From the NCBI GenBank assembly GCA_030704615.1, contig CM060732.1, positions 12,028,001 through 12,092,000 on the forward strand: a stretch of 64,000 nucleotides of DNA, in the 5' to 3' direction. The notes beneath the pieces were generated by a model that searched no databases, was not told the origin of the DNA, and worked only from the letters and a program-made list of their open reading frames with translations. This document shows positions 24,813-36,917 of this stretch, piece by piece (within the stretch, counting starts at the first letter, position 1; every line of letters starts with the position of its first letter). Source of the DNA: Takakia lepidozioides. Lineage: Eukaryota > Plantae > Bryophyta. The position numbers were made by a program, and so were the translations under genes.

Positions 24813-26419
24813 TATATTATATTGTATTGTATTTATTTCTGAAAGAAAGGGGAAGAATTATATTACAGAATGATCACGTATTCAGGACACAAGATATTTA
24901 CAAATGGAGAATACCATACATTATTTTTGGAATATTTATGGAAAAAACGAATGTTTTTGCAGCAAAAGTTTTATCAAATTATTGATGTATTACTTAAATT
25001 AAACTCCATTCCGAGTCTTTCCGACAATGCTAGTGAAGATGGCAATTTTTTTAAATAGAAAAAACAAACATCGAGCCTACAAGTAGCTGCAACGGAACGG
25101 GTGGGGCCCACGAACGTGAACCCCACGACGACGGAAACCCCAAACTCACGACGTCGTCGGTGCGCACGTCGTCCGCGCGTGCGAAGCCAGCCCAAGCTTA
25201 TGCATGCGGGGAATTCGGCGTATACGCAGACAAGTACGCGTAGCTCGAAATAGTTGACAGGGATGAACGTCGTCCGTTCCATAATGACCAATCGTGGCCT
25301 TCTGGGCACACGTGGCGCTGCCCTAAATCTGGTGCCACCTTGGGCCCAATAATACGGCCAGGTAGTACCCCGGTGAGGGTATAACATATGCAAAAGATAG
25401 GTACCTACCGATGCCGTTGTCCGAAACGGGCATAAGCGGCGTTGAACTCAGGACCGCTTCTACTACTAAATTCAGCACAAAATACTTGCGGAGTACGGAT
25501 AATTAAATTGAAAAATTATAATTCTAATTTGGGAGGTTACAGATTACAGACCACCAAATATACAGAGGGAAATGGATGGATGAAGATGGATTTAACGGTA
25601 AGTATATTTACCGACAGTTACCGGTACGTAAACGGTAAGTGTGAGATTCTAGCGGCCGGCTATGGCGGCTGCTAATTCTCTCCCACATCCGATCTCCCCC
25701 GCACCAACCCACACTCTCTTCCATCTCAGCTTGCCTGCAGCTGTATAGACAGCGTGAGAGATGATGTAGACACCTCCCCCCATCTCTCCAGCTCTAGCTC
25801 TTCTAATCCGGCTTCTTGGGAGCTGCCAGACTTAAATCTCTCTCTTTTTTTCAAACTCTAGCGCGATCTCTCGTTGGCACAAGCTTTCATTAATCTCTTT
25901 CTAGACGGTTTAGGGACGGTTCCAGTGCCACAGTGGAATACAGAGGCTTCTTGGTCGTTCATGAATGTGGCTGAAGAATTATTTGCTCAGGAGTCGGAAG
26001 GAGTCTAAGAGCTTGAGGCTTTGAAGGGTGCCTAATGGAGGAGCTGCATTCGCAACGGGGGAGAGATTTTTGAAATAGAGGGGCCTGCCCTAATCTACAC
26101 CCACGTCACGGTGAGCGGGGGGATCGAGAAACCAACGGGTGGTAGACAAGGACTGCAGGTAACTGCTCAATGGTAAGCTGCATAAGAACTGACGACTGTG
26201 AGGTGCAGTGCACAAATAGAATCTAGCGGTACCTACCTTAGATAATTTACAGTCCAGAATTCGAGGACACCTGCAGAGGCATTTTCTCAAGTGAGCGCAC
26301 CACTTCCTTTGCATCTGAAAGCCGAACCTGCTGATACTTCGGCCATAAGCGTATTTCTCACTCATATACGCATTCGCCAGTTTCAGTGAGCCTGGGGAGC
26401 TCCAAAATTCGGAAGAGAA

Positions 26420-27904
26420 ATGGGCGAATCTCTTGCAACCAGTAGAATGGACATAAAGGAGCGGCACCGGAACAAGCTGGGGTCAGATTTCCTGTGCGAC
26501 GATGGGTTCAGGTCCAAATCAGAGAGGGCTGGGTCAATGTTGACGACCTGGAACCTGGTTTTGTTACTGGGTGTGGTGGGCACTAACATCCTTGCACTCT
26601 ACAGCCTCTCAGTTTCTAGGGAGCTCGATCGCAACTTCCATGCAGGGTCTTTGAAAGGGGCTGATCTTGTTCCAACCGTCTTTCTGGAGGAATTTGTAAA
26701 CATGAAGGAGAAACTCAAACTCACGCAGCGCCGTCTTATGGACACGAGTACCGCGCTGGAATCCGCCATGAAAGATCTGAAACAATCTCAGAGACAGTCA
26801 GAGAGCCTCAGAGAGCAAGCGCGAGAGGTAGTCTCCAAGAATGGACTGGGCTCCTCAACAATCGAGGTAGGGGCCAACGGGACTGCACTAGCATACTTTC
26901 CAGCCACGGATGGCCACCGTGTGAGCTCGGAGTTGCTCGAGTACACTGCTGTTCGCAAGCTCCCACTGGGTATGAACCCCGCCCTTGGATTGGACACTAT
27001 TGTTTCCTCGATTGGGCACATGTGTGCAAGACACCGCGACCTGCTGGACGAGTACATGACCTACGCAATTGGAGAGCTGTGTCCTGATGACTGGGAGCTT
27101 GCTCAAAGGCTGATGGTTCGTGGGTGTGAGCCTCTCCCTCGTCGCCGCTGCTTCTCAAGGGGTCCCCCAAACTACTCAAAGCCCTTGCCTTTCCCGGAGA
27201 GCCTGTGGACTGGACCCCCGGATGATACCATCCGCTGGACCTTCTACAGTTGTAAGAGCATTGGATGTCTTAACAGGCGCAATAAAGAGAGCAAGGTGTT
27301 TGTGGATTGTGCAGACTGCTTTGATCTGGATGGCCCCGAACGACACCGGTGGGTAATTCCAAGAGATCGGCATGATTTCATGAGGCTTGACGAGATTCTG
27401 GCATTGAAGGAGGGGACGATTCGAATCGGGTTGGACATTGGGGGAGGATCAGCATCATTTGCTGCTCGTATGCGGGAACACAATGTCACCATCCTTACCT
27501 CCACTCTGAATTTGAATGGGCCCTTCAATGAGTTTATTGCACTGCGCGGACTGCCTCCTCTCTTCCTCTCAATCGCTCAAAGGCTACCATTTTTCGACAA
27601 TACGCTGGACTTGGTGCATTCAATGCATGTTCTCAGCAATTGGATTCCACTAGAGACACTCGATTTCCTCCTCTATGACATTGATCGCGTGCTCCGGCCA
27701 GGTGGGATTCTGTGGCTTGACCACTTTTTCTGCACCGAGGCGCAGCTCGCTGATATCTTCATTCCCATGATCGAGAAACTTGGATTCAAGAAACTTCGGT
27801 GGGTTACTGGCCTCAAATCCGACAAGAGTGGCGTAAATCACCGCGAGGTTTATCTTTCCGCCCTCCTTGAAAAACCTATTAGAGAGATCAGATCCGATTC
27901 ATAG
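26420..27904 (+). CDS. Type II membrane SAM-dependent methyltransferase (Methyltransf_29 / At1g29790-like), single exon, 494 aa
   Basis: Intact ORF with an N-terminal TM helix, a coiled coil, and motifs GCEPLPRRRC, IRIGLDIGGG, QRLPFFDNTLDLVHS and DIDRVLRPGG. Confidence 0.92.
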   Translation: MGESLATSRMDIKERHRNKLGSDFLCDDGFRSKSERAGSMLTTWNLVLLLGVVGTNILALYSLSVSRELDRNFHAGSLKGADLVPTVFLEEFVNMKEKLKLTQRRLMDTSTALESAMKDLKQSQRQSESLREQAREVVSKNGLGSSTIEVGANGTALAYFPATDGHRVSSELLEYTAVRKLPLGMNPALGLDTIVSSIGHMCARHRDLLDEYMTYAIGELCPDDWELAQRLMVRGCEPLPRRRCFSRGPPNYSKPLPFPESLWTGPPDDTIRWTFYSCKSIGCLNRRNKESKVFVDCADCFDLDGPERHRWVIPRDRHDFMRLDEILALKEGTIRIGLDIGGGSASFAARMREHNVTILTSTLNLNGPFNEFIALRGLPPLFLSIAQRLPFFDNTLDLVHSMHVLSNWIPLETLDFLLYDIDRVLRPGGILWLDHFFCTEAQLADIFIPMIEKLGFKKLRWVTGLKSDKSGVNHREVYLSALLEKPIREIRSDS

Positions 27905-29289
27905 AATGCAGCTCTTAGCTTGGCAGTTTGTCCTACTTTCATGTCCCTTCTCATGGGGAATCCCCAGGGGACAGCGGGGCTCTTTTATACGCTGTGAATT
28001 GCGCCAGTGCCATCTGCCTTAAAGGTTTTTTTTCATAGATCTTGATGAAGAACTCTTTGGAAATAAGAAGGTTTCAGAAACTGTGATCCAGTCAGTAGTT
28101 CAGATTTGGTCAAAACCTGTAATTTGAGGTTCCTTGAATTTCACGCACTCACAACAATGCGTGCAGAGCATGGAGGGCTGCCTGTAGCAGCATCCAAGAC
28201 CTCGACATACTGAGAAAGTTCCCGTCTTCATTATAGCGTTGATGTAACAAACTAAAACATAAACACCTCTCATTGTGCAGTAGAACTGAAAGAGCTATCG
28301 AACATTGTAAACAATGATCATGTGGTGATTCTGATGAGGTGGTTATTGGCTGTAGAGCGTCAATCTTCATGACTGACTTAATCACCTCACTGTATATTGA
28401 AATTTTCTTGTCGAATGGATCGACAGCACTGAACGATGATCAAATAAAGTAAAGGTTTTGGAAAATCAGGGACTGCCTCAAAAAGGTCTTCCAGCTCAGA
28501 ACCAGGTCTTCCAGCCACTGATGGTTTTTATATCCGGCTCTCCATCACTGCAGCATAAGCACATGCTCTTATATGCCCTTGATGATCTTATGCTTATGTA
28601 CTAAGGTGGGCAGATGAGCACAATCGAACAGGCTTGAAGAATTCTCATAGTATCTTGGAGCCCTCAGCTTGGAGTTTACCCCATATCCCAGGAATTTCAC
28701 TTCATTAAACCTGCCAAAACGAGAAAACCCCCCGAATACTCCATTTCAAGCATCCACAATGGTTACAATCCAGAAACAGGTTGTATGCCGGTAAAGCAGA
28801 AGCCCTGCGTTGCAATCCTGCCATCCACCCAGCTACCAACTCATATACATCCTGCCACTTCCTGTAAGATTTCCCAATTTGGAAATCAGAAAAGTTTGTA
28901 CCCTAGTTCAGCAACCTCCGTCCCCACATTATCCAATCATCGCAAATTCGGAAAATTAAATATACCCAAGGGCAGCTACCCATATTTTTATCATTACATG
29001 CTGCTCCACTAACAATGTAATGTCGAACACTGCTAAATTACCATTCAGTTTCATATGAATTATGCTGCCACCGGTATTCTTTCATTTTTTTGGCCCCGCA
29101 GGGGAAAGGCAGAAATTTACTCAATAGAACCAAGAACCCTCTGAGGAAGAAAACAAGTAGGAGGCATGACATGCCCACTTTTAACCTACCAAGCCCCAAA
29201 TTGCAATTGCAAAAGAGATTGTTGGAGGCCCAACAGACAAGCCACCGGTTTTCTTTCCTTCCAGGGTACTGCAAAATAGATATTTCCCA

Positions 29290-29339
29290 ATAGCTCAGTT
29301 GGTAGAGCGCCGCCCTTGCATTTGGGTTGTTGCGCTTAC
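29290..29339 (+). pseudogene. trnA: Plastid-derived fragment (NUPT) of trnA-UGC exon 1 plus start of its group II intron
   Basis: ATAGCTCAGTTGGTAGAGCGCCGCCCTTGCA followed by TTTGGGTTGTTGCGCTTAC, resembling the plastid trnA exon1/intron junction (TTGCA-ATTGGGTCGTTGCGATTAC). No acceptor stem or 3' half. Confidence 0.7.
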
Positions 29340-30392
29340 ATTTTACAAGATGTCTGAAAATTCTGGAAAAGTAGGAATTATTTTGTCAGGTTTTGGAAGT
29401 GGAACTGCTTCACCTATAGGCTTAATTTTGTATAGGTGGAGATCAGCTCTTAACAATTTTGCACAGCTTAAGCCCAGATTGTACATAGTATATAGCAATA
29501 GAATCACCCTCCCGGAAACTTGACTGGCAGCCATTCCAATCCATTTACTTCTGCAGCCCAGAACCTTGCTCCTCTCCCCATAAGCTGGATCTCCCTGCCT
29601 GGCAAATAACAGTCATACTCAGGCTCCACTCCCCCTTCTACAGTCCACCACATTCTTGTTGGCCCCTTATGTTCCATTTCAGACAGACCTCCCACTACAC
29701 CCAAGATGTTCTCATCTGTCTCCCTCCTTTACAAGTAACACCTGCCTGTCCCTTGCCTGTGTCATCTCAGACAGACCCCCTACTAACCAAGATACGTCAG
29801 TCCACTCCTTCTCCTAGTCTGGCAGACCATTAATGCGAAAACCCACTCCAATCCAGAAATATAGAAATTTTTCAGACAATCTCTGCGCCGTAGGCCTCCG
29901 CCTCTCTCCCATAGGCATCTCACTCTCTCTCTCCCCTCTCATTACTGTAATCCCTCCACCTAAATATCAGACCTACCATCATCCTACACAATTATCTCAT
30001 ATGCCCAGCACTAAATAGACATACATTCCTCTCACTCACACCATGCAGCTTCAAACAAGTCTAAAAGTACTCAGTGGCATCCATCCGTATGGATTTAATG
30101 GTTAGTGGTAAATTACATAACATAACAGATGGTTAGCAAGTAAAGTCTTAGAAATCCTCACTTCAATGGAGAAGTTTGGTACCTCCCTCAGCTGGGTGGC
30201 ATGAACAAATAAAAGTCTGGCAATAGCCTAGTTTGTAGAGCTTGGAAATGTCTCTGTCCTGAAGTCCAGCTATCTATTTTCTCCTCCTAGCCTCTAGGTG
30301 CTTTACTTCAACAAGGGGACATGCTCCAATGGGTATTCACTCTGCATGAGAGTAACGAATGAGATGAATAATCTTGGCCTGACACGGGAGAA

Positions 30393-33263
30393 TTAAGTGT
30401 CACAACCCTTAACATCACGCCACTTGAGGTAGAGCAAACCGGCTTGGTAGTGGGTGTAGGCACCCGCCACCACCAATACATGGAATAGCTGGTGACTGTT
30501 GCCTGCGATGTCAAACTTGCCAGGTTTCCACCGCTCGGGGATACGCGTGGCATATACCAGGGCACCCAACCCGTAAAATAGGCCCATGGCAATCTCTAGA
30601 AACAATGTCGTTAGTGCTACTGGCTCGTCCTGGTGCAGAAATAGCTTGTGCACACATGGCACCACCCCAGAAACACCCATCCCAAAGAACAAGGACGCGC
30701 GAAAGACTCGAAACTTCGCTGTTTGAAATACGGGTAGTAGTGACACCATGATGGTGACCACACCAATTGACGTGATGATGCCTAAGTACATATTCCGCAG
30801 CACTGGGTTGCACATGAAGCTGTAGTAAACCTGTCAAGTCCAGACATTCACCATGTTCAAGTGACCTGCTTTCACCTTACTACACTCTATATGTGTCAAC
30901 AGCCACAACCCCATATAACCCACCCAAAAGGGCAAAGGACAGCAAAATTACACACACTAGGACACAGAAACCACTGGTACAACGAACACAAGGGGGAAAG
31001 ATCAAGTACCGGTGGGTAGAATGAGGCTGCAATCAGCAAAGTAATCCCTGTATAATCCAGACGCAACAATAGATAGGCCCAACGCTCTGAGTGGCATGAC
31101 AATAGATGGCATGTGCTACTCGAAAACAGGCAGAACATTGCCCCGCCTAAAAATATGAAGAAGGGCCACCGTGTGATGGGCCTCATCAAATATGGTGTCA
31201 TCAAGTTGGCAACTTCATCCTTCATGGTTTGCTACACCCAACCAATGAAGAACCCCATTCTATATGAGGGAATCTCAGGCACACTCCATAACCGTGCAGA
31301 CTTTCAAGCTAAGTAGAAACTGAAAGATTGCACTCGATGTACATGACAATATACTAGTTAATTGCAGTTATCACCTATGAAAAACTCTGTCAACAGCTTG
31401 GGCACCTCATTTCATTGCTTTGTTGGAAGATTGCCTACTATATCTTACCCTACCCTGGCACCACTGGCTCTGGTGCCTTCAAAAATATCATGCTATTATT
31501 TCACAACTTGACAGACTCTTCTTGGTATGCACACAACTGGATGAATTGCAAACAGAGCACCACTTTCTTCTCTTGTCCTGCATGCAACAAGATCCACAGG
31601 AGATACTACAGTCTTTTTAGAGACTCCCATCCTTAGCAGAGGCCTTTGGCTTTGAAGATCTCAAGTGCCTCACGCCTACCTGCTTGAGGCCTTCGTCTTC
31701 TGGTGACACCTGATGTATGCTGAAGTACTAGTTCCTTCTACCCTGTCCCATGGACCTTCATGCCCCTCTGTGGACATAATATAGTTTCTTTCTTCTCTCT
31801 CTCTTTCTTTCTTTGTGTTCTAATACACTTCATTTGAAGGCCACTAGACGTCAACACAAAAGCTCCATTTTATCTTCAGAGTATGCTTGTTATCATGAAG
31901 CAAGAGAAACAGGTGTCAATGTGCAATCTATTTTCACACATCTTTTCAAAGTGACAGTTTACTCATAACGGAACTCACCAAGACACACAGCTCAGAGCGG
32001 TTAGTCGCTCCTGGCAGGCAATTGGAGAACATCTCAGGTAAATGCAAGTACGAGGGCAGAGTTGTCATAATCCCTGAGTGTAACTGTGCCATAGAGGGAA
32101 GTCCTACCACTGTGTAGATGGTCAATCCCAAGAACAGCAAGAACCCCACCAGATGCCTGCAACCCATCCTCAACATTCACCCTTCAGCAACTCTGGTTAT
32201 CCACACTTTTCATTGTTTACAAAATAGAATGAGGAGGATAGGGGCTCAAATGTCTCTCTGGGTCCTTCCAAAAGAGGGGCTGCCCCCTTGACTTTAATCA
32301 TAGTCAATCTAAATTCCCCTCATCCCTCCTTTCCTCTGGCTTTGGTAATCAGTATGAGAAGACAATGGCAGTTTTGTAAACCACAGAAAGCTGGAAGAGG
32401 TGATGAAAAGACATAGCGATGGGGTGAGCTGGGTCAACAAGGTCGATAAAATAGTGGACAGCACCACAGAATTAGAGTCGCCAGACCATGCATGATGAAG
32501 ATGACAAAAGCAAACTATTGCTTTTAGTAATTACGGCCATTTAAAGCTCCGATGGTGTCTAGCCAGCTCCCAGACTCATTACTCTTCCCCTAAGCATCCG
32601 GAGGTCTACATTCAATCCGGACAAACTAATTGAGACAAAATAGAGAGAGACGTGCAGTTTTCCCGTGCATACCCATGTACGATAAGGACCTCTGTTTGCA
32701 CATTTCACAAAGAGAAACCTAGGGGAGGGATACACAGATAGAGAGAAGAGCGACCCCATTTGGACCAAAATGTTCTCACTGTCAGGGAGCAGGGTTAATT
32801 CTCTCAAATTCCTGTCGATGTGAGGGTGATATTATGCTCCGTAACCCTGCCTGGATCCAAGGTCCAAATACCAGGGACCATGCGTGTTACGCACTCGTGA
32901 GACCACACAGCTCACTGAATGAGAATATCCCATGGAAATCCCATCAGGAACAAGAATGAAATGGTACTTTATAGAAATTTACGTCCAAATGTTGAGGGTT
33001 TCGTTGTGAATTTGGAAGATGGAGAGAAGGGCGTGCTTGAGCGGCCAGTCGGCCCTGTAGTGACGTAGGATAAACTCATTATCGCGCAGGTAATCTGGCA
33101 AGGCATTGAACTCCACAAGCTGGTACTTGACCTTGCTCCATAGCCTCTGCGCCCTGCTTCTCGGGCTCTCTGAAATTCCAGCGTCAACCTCATCCTCCAC
33201 TCTTCTTCGTCTCAATTCTGGCCTTCTCCCCTCCACCTCTGTTCCCTGACCACCTTCACTCAT
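30393..33263 (-). CDS. Heptahelical transmembrane protein (PAQR/HlyIII family, HHP-like), at least 4 exons
   Basis: Exons ~33263-32983 (LPDYLRDNEFI...IHNETLNIWT), ~32156-31979 (HLVGFLLF), ~31230-31010 (TRWPFFIF...SSTCHLLSCHS...LDYTGI) and ~30831-30393 (IPERWKPGKFDIAGNSHQLFHVLVV). Confidence 0.92.
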
Positions 33264-34349
33264 TTTCAAGCACTTCCTATATCCTTATCTATCTCCAGGC
33301 GCCAACACCACCCAAAGGATAACAAATTTTGCCTCTTCCCTCCCACAGAGATACCAGCCGCTATAATCTTCTACCTCTAATCTCCCTCAGGATTTACTCA
33401 GATCGTCTCTCTCTCCCTCCCTCCGGCTTCAACACTGAAATATCTGTCGAATCTGCCTACCAGGAAATTGCAACAACCAATCTTTCAGATCCCATCAAGT
33501 TCCTAACGACACGCCCAGCAATCCTCGGCCTGCGATCCTTCCACGTCAATCGTCAGGGCTGCTCCCAAGAATCACACTCGCTCTTGCGTGCAGTGACTCG
33601 CTCAGTCTCCACAATCAGGTGTCTGCGCCACGTCACCAAAAGCGGCACCAAACTAGTACACGTGGCGAAATTGCGAGGTATCCGCAGCGGAGAAGGCGAA
33701 ACCAACTGGGGGACGACGATCTGGCCTAACTTATGATTCCTGTTCACACGGCCGCTCTCTCAGCTTATTCATATGGAGTCGCGTGATGGCTCCTCCCTTG
33801 TAAATAGTGCGAGCATTTGCATTCATAATCAATGAGATATCCGTTCGCTGTGCCTGACAGACTTGCGGTTCTTTTCGAGCGGCCTACGTTTGAACTGTTG
33901 TTTTGTTGAGATGATTCTCCGAGCCTCCTCCGGCATTTTCTTTGGCCAGGTGCTAGTGAAGTAGCTATGGTCTGCAAAGCCTCCAAGCGGGGAGTTGGCT
34001 GTTTCTTGCTGGTGGCCACTCAAATCTTCCTGCACGATTTCAATTCAAGGGAGTGCTAGGACGAGGTCTTCGAATATATTGACGTTAAGCTTTGTAAGCG
34101 TTATGGCCCCTACTTTTTTTTATAAACTTGTTTTCTAATCTGAGTCAGACCATGTCGCTCATCATTCTGTAGTCATTTTTTCATCAAATTTCGTTTATTG
34201 TGCGACCACGTCATACCTAGTTGGGAAAATTACAAGTCTTACCTTGGTACAAGAGGATCAAAAGGTTCTTGGCACTCTTGCAACGAGGATCCAATAAACC
34301 ATCTAAGTTATATTTCTAAATAGTGTTTAAGGAAGAGGTGGCAAGGTTA

Positions 34350-34718
34350 GAGCATGCCCAGCTAGGCCCTCTATCTGGCGCGCTATCATCCAAATAGCGC
34401 GGCCGCCGAGATCGCGCGTCCCCAGCAGCACTTTCTGGAGCTTCAAAATGGTGACCCTCACCAAGTTTTGTCCCACTCCCGCGCTATCTACACGAGTTTT
34501 GGAGCGTGGCACTCTCGCATTCTCCCCCGCTATCTACCACTGGGCCTCACAGGTTTCGACGAGTGGGCAGGTGGCGGGGCCATTGCTCCCCTTGGGAAGG
34601 GTGCGTTGCTGCTGGGGCTCTTGCCAGTCGACGCGCTATCTAGGTTGCCTGCCTCACCATACGCCTTGCGAGCATAGTGATAGCGCGACAGTTTAGTGAG
34701 CCTCTGCTAGGCATGCTC
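34350..34718. mobile_element. Tourist-like MITE, ~370 bp, GC-rich
   Basis: Imperfect TIRs GAGCATGCCCAGC / GCTAGGCATGCTC; left flank TTA, right flank TTG. Confidence 0.55.
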
Positions 34719-35191
34719 TTGTGCAATTTGTTGGCTCTCCTACCGAAGAGAAACTAGGTATGCATCATGCTGAAGTCAGCGGAGAAAATGTGGTGAAAGG
34801 ACCTTACACCATGAAGGGTCCACCTGGTGTATTGTGCTTTAGGTATGTCTCACCTCCCCCCTTATGTTTTGCCAAAGCAAGAGCTCTTTTAGGCTTGTGA
34901 TTTCTCTAGAGCCATGAGACATTTGCTGGTTTGGCTCTTATTATCAAATGGACCTACATCAATGTTCGTATGTTTCTTGAAATGTCCGATTTTATATTTA
35001 TATACAATTTGTCATCATTTTTTCTAAATAAGTTATCCACAAAAAAAATCTCCAAGGTGCCTGTCCCCTATTTATTTTCTTAAAAAACTGATGAAACATC
35101 TGAATTCATATTACAGATTTTGTTTTTGTTTTTGTTTTGGAAAAGGGGAAGAAGAAGATTTGGAATGATAGAGAATTTAGTCACGAGGCAT

Positions 35192-36219
35192 TTATCTATC
35201 AATGGAGACTCTATCGGCATCCATTTGTCTGTCAAACCTAACTTTATCTTGGTTACCATCATGAGGTTTGAAGTTGCGCATGCTAGGATAACCTCCATCA
35301 CCAAGTAGGTACGGTTGAATATGTCTATCACCAACAACGACGACATGCTCTTTAAGAATTGAGCATGATCGAAGTTGCGCATAAATAGGTGAAACTTGGA
35401 ATTGACCTCCATCAGCTCTCTCTCCTGGCAGAACAATAAACATTTGAAAATATCTTATCCATGTCACATATAGCTCGGAGGACCACGGAATTGGTGCTCT
35501 TCTTGGTACAATAATAGTCTGCCGGTACTGCAATTACTCTCTTGTTGGGTTTCTCATCCAAAATAATATGGGTGCCATCTATGGAACCACAAACATTGGG
35601 AAATCCGCAAGCATCTTCAAACCCTGCAATAATCCTGTGAAGTCGATCTCCATGAGGTATGGAGATATACTTTGCAAATAGTTTGTGTTCATCAATAAGT
35701 ACATTGACAACAAGGTCATATTTTCTGATTGTCGATGCTCCAACACCAAACCTATCAGCCATTTGGTTTGCACTTGTGCCATGGGCAAATCGATACAAGA
35801 CAAACCCAACAATTTTGCGAACCTTCAATGGTTGCCTTACAAACATGTGAGCAAATGACTTGATCCATGGTTCAAGCTCCGTTACCAAGAACATAAAACT
35901 TGCAAATGACATTCGATAAGCTTGAATGAATTTTCTATCCCTCATCTCGGAACTTGTATGCCATACCTCATCCTCCATAATGTCCAATGAGTGCATTGTC
36001 GAGGCTCTTTCTACCAAGTCCTTCCAAGTTTGCTCTCTTCATAGGCCAACATTGCAAAAAGAATGGGGAGAGATCTTGACAAAAGACTTGATTCGTCATA
36101 TTTCGGAAGTATAAGAGTTGTTTTCCTTTTTTGAATTGACGGAAACAATGTGGGAGACCCTCGCGGAGCAAGAAGAGAACACAAAGTACAATAACAAGTT
36201 CAACATCCTCCATGTTCAC
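35192..36219 (-). pseudogene. PIF/Harbinger (HARBI1-like, DDE_Tnp_4) transposase pseudogene, 3' truncated
   Basis: FIQAYRMS...F, ADRFGVGASTI, GFPNVCGSIDGTHI and YLLGDGGYP, with frameshifts. Confidence 0.88.
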
Positions 36220-36917
36220 CTACAAATTAACCCAGCCTCTAACGTAAACCACCATTCAATCAAAACCCCATACCCTAATCCTTAAACCCTATCTTGCTTG
36301 GAGGTAATCCTCAAGCTCTAAATTTTTGCTTGTTAGTGAAAATAAATGGGACTTAATGTTTTAGTAAACCTATTCCTCCTTAATAGTCTTATGGCTGTTT
36401 TTTTTCCCTGAATCAGGTATGATATTATTAGTGATAATTGTCTCCATATGCAAGTGTCTCCATATATGTCGGATGAAAACTCGTTTTGGATGAAACATTG
36501 GATGACAAATAGCCATATCGACATATTAAGTAAGATAATGTCCATCCGTCAAAGCAATCTCAAATAATCATTGCAGTAGACTCGTTGCTCCCGCAGCTCA
36601 TTCTCGATAATGCTCCTCCACATTTACATTATCTAATACGTAACGTGCTGACCACGGCTGTCGTATCTGCTGACCCCTACTTGTTTGATTGCCATGCACA
36701 ACCCTCAGTGAGGACGGTCCAATCTCTACTAACTGTAGACATGGGGCAGCGTAATGCTACGTTCATGAGAATTTGGAGAAGAGAGGGTGTGAGAGAGATA
36801 GGGAGTGACATACCTGCGCAGTTGTACAGAGAACTGGCCTGAGAACTCTAATTTCGTGTTTCAGAGGGGGAGTTGTGCTACTTTGAGATAGAGACGGGAA
36901 GAAGGAGAGAGGGGTGT

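Noticed and set aside
26420-27904. Second methyltransferase as part of the transposon methylation system
   Set aside because: It is an ordinary membrane-anchored plant Methyltransf_29-type enzyme, 16 kb away and unrelated to DNA MTases.
29290-29339. Functional tRNA-Ala gene
   Set aside because: Only the D-arm and anticodon region are present; there is no acceptor stem, T-arm or B-box.
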